Shown here in pieces: positions 54,201-64,000 of a stretch of DNA of 64,000 nt. The notes below the pieces were generated by a model that was not told the origin of the DNA, did no database searches, and was given only the letters and a program-made list of their open reading frames with translations. The translations under genes and the position numbers were made by a program. The stretch spans positions 10,630,552-10,694,551 of the forward strand of contig CM082584.2 of assembly GCA_040954595.2 (NCBI GenBank), written 5' to 3'. Position 1 is the stretch's first letter. Every line of letters begins with the position of its first letter. This DNA comes from Balanoglossus misakiensis. Lineage: Eukaryota > Animalia > Hemichordata.

Positions 54201-55039
54201 AGACAGAAGAAGTCTATGCTTAAACTTGAGAACAACTGCACAGATCAGTTTCCTGACATTGGACAAGCCCACGTTCGCAGTCATTACCATCCTGTCATAG
54301 TAATTTATAAACTGTCGGATATCTGGTTTTCCTATTAACTTGAATGAGTGTTGGCTGAATTACATAATATATGAACAAGGCCGAGATTACTACAGGAAGC
54401 TTTTAACGATGACAATGAATTAATAGTTTCAATGTTCAGAGCGCTCGCCAACGCGTGTATATTTCGTCATGAGTTTTATCATGGTCCTCAAGAGAATATT
54501 CACATATCCTGGGCATATTAATTATCTTATAGCGTAAAGCTTTGGAGCGCTTGCACTTACTTAAAAACAACGCCCTTCCTAATGAGATAGCGCCCGAATA
54601 TTTGGAGAGGGTAATATTATAACTGTATTTAGGTGGGCGCTGCTTGTGAAACCAAATGGTAAACTGCGCCTCGCGGTAATGAAATCATCGATTTTATGGG
54701 CGCAGTTAAATATCGCTGAAGTCACCCACATGTACAACAGTTCTGGTTTAATTAACCCCAATCAAATCAAATCAAATCAGCGGGGCCCGATTCACTGAAA
54801 CTGACGAGCAACATCACACATCATGCGCCAGCGATGCATGATGTTTTCGTCCAAGTGTTCCAAAAGGGTGGGTGTGTGTCTGTGGCATGGGCAGAGTCGT
54901 GGCGTTTTCGAATATAAGGTATCTATTTTTTGATGGTTTAAAAAATCCTCAAACGTTCCAGAATCTCTCAAAAAACTAAATGTCGGTGGTTTACACGTCT
55001 ACTTACCAGAGAAATCGGGGTCGCCGACAGCGCCGCCAT
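45767..55039 (-). CDS. EPS15: Epidermal growth factor receptor substrate 15 / EPS15-like 1 endocytic adaptor (~956 aa)
   Basis: 19 exons (-): 55007-55039, 52883-52927, 52445-52582, 51921-52016, 51610-51687, 51322-51447, 51055-51114, 50560-50787, 49244-49410, 48978-49149, 48635-48811, 48239-48448, 47890-48039, 47515-47703, 47200-47368, 46874-47032, 46660-46730, 46069-46494, 45767-45943 total 2871 nt. Three EH domains, coiled coil, many DPF motifs, PALPPK, C-terminal [15 protein letters not shown]. Confidence 0.95.
49167..49196. repeat. (CAT)n microsatellite in an EPS15 intron
   Basis: Directly visible. Confidence 0.95.
51142..51242. repeat. (GAT)n microsatellite in an EPS15 intron
   Basis: Directly visible. 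Confidence 0.97.
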
Positions 55040-55589
55040 ATTGGCCTAATTGTAATTGTACCAACAATGCAATGCAGCCGGAAGAGAGTATATGATTTGA
55101 TTCTTCGGTGAACGAACTTTCCACAGTAAAGTCAAACATCGACGCAAATGACCGATTTCTCAGTGCTGAAGTATAGTAGAAAGTTCATTTTTGATATAGT
55201 TGCCTAACACCTTATATATTGGAGTTAACATACATAGCTTTTGGTAACAGTTATCGAGAAAGAAAAACATCGAAAAAAGGGTCAGAAAATAAAGCGGTCC
55301 CAGAAACGCCCGCAAAATGTGTATGCCCACAATCCACAGTAAAATCAAACATCGACGCAAATGACCGATTTCTGCACAAGTATAATAGAACGTTCATTTT
55401 TGATATAGTTGCCTATTATTATATATATTGGAGTTAACATACATGCAAACTAAATGACGTTAAACTACACCTTGTTGAGCAAGTTTTGTGTAGAACATAA
55501 CGAAAGTTACCACGTTCACATAAAGTAACCCCTATGGCGGCAACAGAGCGCCCTCTCCAGACATACTCACTTCGTCTTTCTTTTCCAAG
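55040..55589. promoter_or_regulatory. Putative bidirectional promoter between EPS15 (-) and the GST (+)
   Basis: The start codons are only 550 bp apart, head-to-head. ETS-like CCGGAAG at ~55078 and a CTCF-like GAGCGCCCTCTCCAG at ~55546. Confidence 0.55.
55120..55446. repeat. Direct duplication of ~115 bp in the EPS15/GST divergent promoter
   Basis: TCCACAGTAAA(G/A)TCAAACATCGACGCAAATGACCGATTTCT...GTTCATTTTTGATATAGTTGCCTA...TATATATTGGAGTTAACATACAT at ~55120-55235 and ~55333-55444. Confidence 0.9.
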
Positions 55590-58090
55590 ATGTCCGATTT
55601 CCTGCAGTTTTCCGTGGTACTTGTCGCTGCCCTGGCCGTCGTCTACTACACGGGGCACGGACCGTTTCTACTCAGGTTACCATTTATTTTAATCATTTAT
55701 ATCACTAGTGTACTTTCAGCAAGAGCGATCGTTTGAAACAGGGGAGATGTAATTGTAAACCCTGGTATAACATTTGATCGGCGCTGCAACAGACCACAGT
55801 CCGATCATCACACTGAACTTTAGGAGGCGTGGTCATTGACCCTGAGTTGACCTCGGATGAATACAATACGTTGTCCGGCTTGCGTAACTAACATGCCCAG
55901 CTGACGCTGGCCAGACGAAGTTCAGTAGACAAAATTAAAGCAGAAATCGAAGGGATAATAGTTTGCCATTTGCTTACAGATGTGTGTATGGACCCTACTC
56001 GAGGGGGCCAGTGTGTCATACATATATGCATACCATAACAGGATCAAATTCCAGCAACCCTGAAATACCCCGTATTGGAATTTGTGGCCCCCGGTTGCTA
56101 TGGAAATGAACAATATTGTTAGGCGAATTGACGGGGGAGTTCAACGTGAAATCCACCATTGGAAATTTAGTTTGCTATAAAATATCAGAAATGTTCCACT
56201 AGCATTATGGCACGTTCATAAAAAATGATTTGATGTGAGGACACCATGTGTTATACTGGTATAAATCTCTAACAGCTGCAAGTCTGTTTCTCTGGTATTG
56301 AAAACAGATTCCAAAAGCATGCATGGCCATGTATTACATAGCACACAGCCTTGGAAAAAATTTAAATAACAAAAAAAAAACCACATTTACTACAATGCCC
56401 GTGTTGTTTGATGAAAGCTAAGCAAATCAATATTTTACTGTGGTTATTCATGTTTTTTTCAAATGTAGTTAAATATCTAGTTACAACAGTAATTTATTCA
56501 GATGAAATTCTTTGACCAGGTTTATATTCTCCGGCAGATGAAGAAGCTTTTTTATACATTTCATAGAAATTAAATCTCATTCATTTCAATGGTGGCATGT
56601 ATAATTTTTTTTCCTATCACAGGAAAACTAGTGAAATAGTGTATGGGAAAGCAGGGTGTGCACCAGTGCATAAGGTTGGCAATGTTACCATCCACTACTT
56701 TGCCGCTCGGGGGAGGGCAGAGCCTATTCGCTTGATGCTGGAAGAGGCAAGGATCATCTACAATGAGACGGGATTCACCAAGGAAACGTGGCCGGCGGGA
56801 AAAGCAAAGGGAATTGAAGATGGGATCTACACGTTTGGACAAGGTATTTCTGACAGGATATATCCGGATTGAAGTTGAACTGTTGAGACTCTAGAACGCA
56901 CTGTCTTTGGGGCAACCACTGTCCACTAATCTGTAACACAAAACCTCCAGCTAAGTTCAGAAATGTACATTGTAGATGAGTCGGATGAAATTTGACACAA
57001 AGCTTCTCTCTCTCTCTCTCACTGACAGTGCCTGCCATCACTACAACAAGTGGCGTACACATGGTTCAAAGTCAAGCCATCGCTCACTACCTGGGTCGGT
57101 CTACAGGCATGGAGTGTGACTGTGAAGATCTCCATTTCTGCGAGGCGGTCGCTCTGGCTGTTGGTTAGTTTCCTCATAAATACTGATCATTTCATTTCAG
57201 AATCCCCTGTTCGCGAACAAACGAGTCTCTCCGAGGCATGATTTTCTAAGCATTCAATTTATATGTAAATATTATATGGAGAAAGTACATTGCTTAAGTA
57301 TACGATGTACTAAGAAAGGGTATTACTATCATTTTCAGAGGATGTTACACAGAAGCTGAGTAAAGTGGTTTACGATCCTTCGTTCACTGTCAAATCACGC
57401 AATGATTACCTGAAAGATGTATCACCACAGTGGCTTGGATACTTTGAGAAGATTGCACCGTGTCTAGAAGCACAGGTATGTGATTCTGTGGACCACCAAT
57501 CCAAACATACATTTTCCATTTGTACCTGTCCCATGATACTTTGCTCTTGCCAGCAATTAACCATGGCTTTGATCAAGCTGTCGATTTTTTTAATCACCTA
57601 GGATAAGGCATTCTTTGCCAGCAGTAGACTGACCTGGGTGGATTTCTTGGTCTTCAACATACTGGATGCCCACATTGAGTTCTCTCAGGTGAAGATGGCA
57701 GGCGCCACACCGGTCAATGTGCTTGAGAACTTCCCCAAGCTGAGCTCCTTCTACTCCTACTTCAAGGCCAGACCCAGAATCGCAGTCTATCTGGAGAGTT
57801 CCCGCAGACACGAGTACAAGCTACCGAACCCGCCCAAGATGGCCGCCACGCAGCAGAAACAGGCGAAACAGGCAGTGCCCCAACAACAGCAGGTCCCCAA
57901 GAAGGCAGCCGGCCAAGCCAAACCCCAAACCCAGCAGCAGCCCAAAGTCAAGCAGCCCCAAGAGAAGGTGGCACCCAAAGCCGTTCCGGAACAAAAGAAA
58001 GCCACGCCACAGGCAGGCCAGGCCAAGGAGAAAGTGGCACAGCCATCCGGCAAGCAGGCTCCACCCGCGGCAAAACCAACCGGAAAATAA
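55590..58090 (+). CDS. Glutathione S-transferase (Tyr-type, sigma/pi/mu-like) with N-terminal signal/anchor and K/Q/P/A-rich C-terminal tail (~355 aa)
   Basis: Exons 55590-55675, 56623-56843, 57029-57163, 57339-57475, 57602-58090 total 1068 nt. Motifs HYFAARGRAEPIRLMLEE, FGQVP, VQSQAIAHYLG, LTWVDFLVFNILD, FPKLSSFY..FKARPRIAVYL. Leader MSDFLQFSVVLVAALAVVYY. Confidence 0.88.
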
Positions 58091-60987
58091 CAAACAGCAC
58101 ATAAACATTTCAATGGGGAATCTGGGAAGCATTGGTTTAAATTATTTCAATTCAGGATGTAATTTTATTTCTCTCATGTTTGATTAATGATACTGATTAC
58201 TGCGAAAGCATATGCATATAATTGTGACAACAATTCTTCTTGTTAGACAATCTTTTCATTTCTTTTTCATTGCACTTTAAGAGGCGTACACACACTAATA
58301 AAGTGAAATCATGTGCATAAAATTATGTTGTAGAGAATGAAAAGAATGTCAAAAATGGTCCAAGCATAATTGAAATGAACAAAGCGTCATAAGCATTCAC
58401 TTCGGTTCGTATTTCATTATGCTGGTCATTTGCATATACGCAAATACATGCAAACTTCCCCTCTGATATTTTAATGGGTCATGATAGGATGAATCCAATG
58501 CGTATGGAGGGATAGGGATCTGTAAGGTGAAGGTTGACCACAGCCTGTGACATTGACCTTTGTTTGACCGGCATGTGATGTATGGCCGGCATGTACATCC
58601 TGTATAAACACGAGACTTTACACTGCTTGCTGCACGAGGATTTTGTTACAGATTCTTTGTCTCATCTATTGACCTAAATTAACCCTTGGAATGGATTTCA
58701 GCCATCAGATCTGGTCTTTAAGTTGACGTGCAATAAACGTTTAAATAATAACCGTTTAAAGTTGCACTGCCGAAACACAGAAGTGGAAGTGTTCATTGGA
58801 TTATGAGAAAACAAAAAACCTATAAAAATTGCATGTGTATATACATAATATTAGTTATGAGTTGTGGCTAAAGAGATATTGAATTTCATAGGGCAGCCAT
58901 CTTGAAAAATACCCAGAATGCAGTGTATATCATCTGCTGGTCCGGCCAATACACGTACATACCCAAGAAAGTTCGAGTCCTCTGAAATATGGGTGGACAG
59001 GGTTTAGGATCTTTTGTTAGTAACATTTTCCTCTGGAATGTTGTCATGATGTTTGGAATATTTTTGTAGCCGATAAGTATAATAGACTAGCATGAGTACA
59101 TGATTTTATCCGAGAATTAAAAAGGAGTGGAGATAATATGAGTTGTTGCTGTACCTCTATTTTTAGTTTAACCACAGATTGAATGAACTTTTCAGCAAAA
59201 GTAGTACTATACTGTGCAGTATTGTCAGTTTTGAATTTGTGATCCGTTTTAAAAGTAGCATTGAATTAGTGGAAGAGGGTTTTGTTTGTGTGGAAAAGAT
59301 ATAAAGCAGTCTATTTTTACTGAATGGTCTAGCTAATGTGGCACCTTGAAACTGAGACTTTGTTGAATTAACTGAGATTTACGGTATCAACCAATGCTTT
59401 ATTTCTCGAGCACTCTGTGCAGTAAGACCAGAGTTTATTGCTTGTAAAAAGTGTAGTTTTATTTCACCTTTGATTGTACATGTAGATGTATTCACCACCA
59501 TGGCTGTTAGTGGCAGCCAGTTTTGAAGTTGCATGGATTGTGAACTTAATGAAGTGTACATGTATGTTTGATTTTTTTCTTGAATTATAGAAATACCATG
59601 ACAAAATCTAGCTATTCGTCTTGGCGTGTTGATGTGTTTCATACAGTACAGAAATACAATCTGTACTGAGGACGCCCCCCCCCCCCCGGAAAAAAACCTG
59701 ACCATTAATATCTAGACATTGTCTGATGTGATCCTGATTTGCATACTACCCTCAGCGCCCCCCCCCCCCCCCCCAGTATCACCTTTCTCATCAAGAGCGC
59801 CCCCAAAATAAATGCAAAAAATACTTTTGTTTTTATAGATGACGTGCACATGCATCTCAAACCACATTAGGACCCTCCACACCCAACATTCTTTGTAAAA
59901 GAAAGCACAGGTACACTGAAAGTAGTTTTTTATTTATCCACTTTGGAATAATTTATTTTCAGTATTTGATTACAGTATTTAGGAAAATTCATTCAATTTT
60001 TTCTTGTAGGCTTTTTTATGCTTTTCTGCAAATAAATATGAAAGTCTTGTGAGAAGAAACAAAATGCAATCTGAATAACTTTTTTGACATCCTAGACACT
60101 GAACTACAATCATTCCACAACACCCACGGAAAATTGAAGCTAAGCACAAAAAATAACATTGATATACAATATCTATGAGCCATGATACATGCACAACTTG
60201 CCCAGTTTATCAAACTAATTTCCTAGATAATTCCCCCCCCCCCTTCCATTGGAAAGAAGAAAATTCATTCACCTCACAAACTGAAAAGCCGCAAATCATT
60301 TTGCGTTGAACTTTTAAGCTGTACATACACGAGCCTGGACACATGGATGGCCGAGGCGTTTACAGCAAAACTGATAATGGCTTCCGCATTATACAAAGAG
60401 AACCACTTGAAAAGTACGAGGTTGGACCAGATTGGAGTTTTGAGGGGTTCTATGTCGACATGCACTGTGTTCAGCAACCCTGGTGTGTGTTGGGACATGT
60501 ACTCTTATGCGGGTTACTGCAAGACAGTGTTTTGAAGAAAGCAAAACAGAGACACAAGCTGTAGATTGAGATTCACCCTTTTTTGTGTAACATCACTGTT
60601 TGCATAGGAAGTTAACCCATCTGCAGTCACCATTGGTGTTGTCTAAAATCCATCCCAATATCAGACGTCCTTACCAGCATTTAAACTGCAGCAGACATCA
60701 GTCCCACCCCATTTACACGATAACTATGGTGCAAATAACCTTGACATACAAAATTATCCCAAATCAAATAAAGTATATATCTTAATGGTCCAAAGAAAAC
60801 TCATTATTCACATAAATATGAAAATAATCTTGATAGCCCCAGCAGGCAGGAAGGAGTTCTTACAGAAGAGTGACTACATACATTGACACAAAGACACAGA
60901 TTAATAGTAAGACCATCGTATTTTAGCACATAATTATATGCAAAAGCAGCCAGAATTAAACTCTCTGTACAACTTCATACAGACATA

Positions 60988-63800
60988 CAGTCCCAACAGA
61001 ACAGAACAACTATTTGTACATTTCTGAATACGGCAAGTAGTACGTCAACCCTACGGGAACTATTGTTAGTTGTAGCAGAGTTTGCTGCAACAATTGTCTG
61101 AGGCCCATTTCCTTTTGTTACATTTCCGTAAAAACTACGGCAACTCCTTTACGGCAAGCCATTAACAAGGGAAGCTTAACACCTCTACCCGTAAATACTG
61201 CTGCAACACCTGTCAATTAGCCCCCACAGAGTGATGCCTTTTGTTCAAGGTGTTGATTATTTTGCTACAACTAGAGTGATTGACAGGTCTAGAACTAGAG
61301 CGCAACATTTTTGCAACAGGTCACTGCAACATTGTATCACAAAGTTTACAAAAGAAGCTCTGTCTAAAAATAAAATGGCAAAGGGCTGACATCAAATACC
61401 AATGAAGTCAGTTTTGGAATGATGTTATGTTCATCGACAAAGTCTGAACTCTCTTGGTAACAGAACAGTCTGTGGACATGAACAGAGGTCAACACATCCC
61501 TACCCCAGTGTTGTAGAATGCACATGTTTTGCTGGGGTTTCTTTTCTTTCAAGGAGCTGGACCAATTAATATTTGAGAGATACAGCATGACCAATGGAAA
61601 ATCAAACACAATGACGCATTTCACAATTGTGTTTAGCTTAAAAGACATTGGCTTTCTTTTTTTTTGACCTGCTGCCCCCCCCCCCCTTACATGAAAACCC
61701 TGATAATAAATAGTAGGCTTGTTTACAAAATAATGTTGGCCTGCAGTACCACGATCCGCTGCAGTTTGATCTTTAGAACAGACAAGTTTTGAGAGTCTTG
61801 ACTATAATTTTGAAGGGTTTCATAAGTAGTAATGGTCTGTATTATTTCAATATTCTATTATACGGCAATGGATATACACTCATTTTCCGACGGGCAGTGC
61901 GTGAACATGATGGGAAGTGACTGGCAGCAATTAGTTGGCCGGTTTGGGATGAATGACCTACATGTTTACTCATTATATATTCACGCAATTTGTTTAGTCT
62001 AAGCAAGCCCCTGCACTTGGCAGAATTTGGATACAATTTGCCTGTCAATCATTGTCTGGCTACCTCTTGCCCCCAAAGTCCGCGCCTGATAAAATACATT
62101 CAATGAGCGACCTTTATATCCAGACAGAGAGGGGGTGGCCGCAGTGAATGAATTGATGGTAAGTTTCAAATTCACATGTAAAATTTTAACATTTTCTGTT
62201 CAAATCCAGCCAGTTCAATGTATTGTTTAATCAACATTCCTGAAATAAAAAAGTTGACAACAAAGTGATTACTACGAGCGGGCATGCATGACAGTATTGA
62301 TCGCTGAACTTTCAACAAAATACACTGGTATAGTGGTTTAGTCCAAATGCGTCTTTGTCAAGCTCTCGGGTGCGTGAATATTCATGAGAAACTTATTACT
62401 GCGAACGTACATTCACAACGTGAAACTAGTCCTATTATTTCAGAGCACTTGCCAAATGGTCAAATCATGGTGGTAAAAGATGAGTGGCCGGCAAGACCGG
62501 GCCTAGACGTCCTCCACCTGTGTCAAACGGCTTTTGATGTGAATAATACTTTGCATAAATTACGAGGTCAACATGTGTGGTAGTGCCCGTAGTATCGATC
62601 GATCGACCTGGTAAAAAGATGAGCGGCTAGACGTCCTGCTGCCGTGTCTAAACGGCTTTTGACGTGAATAATAATTTGAATAAATTACGAGGTCAACATG
62701 TGGCCGATTTCATCATGTAAATAAAAAACACATGGGTCCAAAAGTTTCAGGCACTCTGATATGCATAGTGGTGTCAGAGGTGTTTCCCACACCAAAACTT
62801 AGAAGACAGTCATTTCAATTACGGCCTCCTGCCAAACTCAACACATGCGCACAAAATGGAACTGCAACTTTATTCACAAATCTGCAGAATTCTTGTGCAA
62901 AAAACAGACAAACTCAAAATACACATCGCACCATGGTTCACTCTGAATTATTTGGACTTTCACTGGGCCATGTCTCTGCTTGATAGCGTCAGGTTTGCAA
63001 CACATTGTTGCCAAATTTACACATATTGACAAGGTAATCAAAACAACAGGTGTTTTATTACTCGGGGTATCACTAATGCCAGGGAGGTCCGTCTGCGTCT
63101 ATTTGGTCACCAGCATGGCACGCACACTTCCTGTAATTATAATTGCTGTTTTGAGTGCGTCTTTACCTAATTTGAATATCCTGATCAGGTTGTTGGCCTT
63201 GCCCTAGTTGTCTCAAAATGTACATTGATACAAACAATTGCAACATATTAGTCAATACCCTGCCAACTTACGCCAAGTGTACATGTTGTTATGGAAGTTT
63301 ATTTTTAGAACCGCTTGCGTTCTGCATAGGTCACAACACAAAACTTTGAAGCCCATCAGCTAGCCCTGCATAGCGTATGTACAGCTACTGAGACAGGGGA
63401 AATATTAGTAAGGTTGACAACTGACTTGCTCGCTATCAAGATTTAGAAGGAATTTATTTGCTTAGTGAGGCCAGGACATTAATTGCCCCCAACCAAGCAA
63501 AATCCACGTGGGTGGAGCTCATTATCACACATAGACATTGCTACAACTATTGTTCACATCAGGGTGATAATCACCTCCCCATTAGCCCTTCTTGCCGTAA
63601 CACCTGCCCCAAATTGCCGTAATGGAGCACACATTCTTTTGTTTCAAACTACGGGAACCTTTGTAGTTGCCGTAAACTAAGACAAAAAACATCAATTAAC
63701 CAACAAAAGAGGTGTTGCCGTAACATCTCTGCTACAACACTGCTACAACTAGTGCGGGAACTTTCCCGTACAGTTTAGTTGTTGTACGGTGTTGGGACTG
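60988..63800. mobile_element. Degenerate TA-flanked TIR DNA transposon (~2.8 kb, Tc1/mariner-like termini)
   Basis: TA|CAGTCCCAACA...ACAACTA at the left end and TAGTTGT...TGTTGGGACTG|TA at the right end. Subterminal motifs (TACGGCAA/TTGCCGTA, TACGGGAA, GCTACAAC) are repeated at both ends. No intact ORF. Confidence 0.65.
62472..62702. repeat. Imperfect ~95-105 bp direct repeat
   Basis: GGTAAAAGATGAG...CTAGACGTCCT...AAACGGCTTTTGA(T/C)GTGAATA...ATAAATTACGAGGTCAACATGTG at ~62472-62578 and ~62610-62702. Confidence 0.85.
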
Positions 63801-64000
63801 TAAAAACAATAAATTGCAAACTGTTTCACTATGGAAATTGTTCCCCAAACTGAGAAAAGGTTGGGCTGCAAATAACTCAAAAGTGTTTTTAAAAAAAAAA
63901 AGATGAACATTTTCCCTTGCTGCATATTTGCCATCTGGATTAAATATACTGTCTGACCAATCAGATCGCATCTTTTTTATGATTTTATCTTCTGTATAAC

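Noticed and set aside
57787-58132. Cys/Gly/Leu-rich antisense ORFs
   Set aside because: Antisense shadows of the low-complexity GST tail.

Overview
Eukaryotic (animal, most likely marine invertebrate) nuclear DNA with GT-AG introns. There are no prokaryotic systems, CRISPR arrays, rRNA genes or convincing tRNA genes, and most ORF-track entries are spurious or exon fragments. Seven spliced genes were assembled by hand with consistent reading frames: MNK/MKNK kinase (-), GCDH (+), a type-II membrane ARSB/I/J-family sulfatase (+), an orphan secreted protein with two FN3-like domains (-), a PAP2 phospholipid phosphatase (-), EPS15/EPS15L1 (-) and a GST with an N-terminal hydrophobic leader and a K/Q/P/A-rich tail (+). 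Introns and intergenic DNA hold two TA-flanked Tc1/mariner-like elements, a Helentron-type (HINE) element with a ~237-bp satellite array, and two abutting TTAA-flanked MITEs. The best leads are a sulfatase with paired His->Lys and Lys->Ala changes at active-site positions, an apparently secretory-pathway GST, the orphan FN3 protein, a stop-free in-frame poly-Asp/Gly intron in MNK, and linkage of genes whose human orthologues map to the 1p32-33/19p13 paralogon. All exon models and homologies come from manual reading and recall, not database searches.
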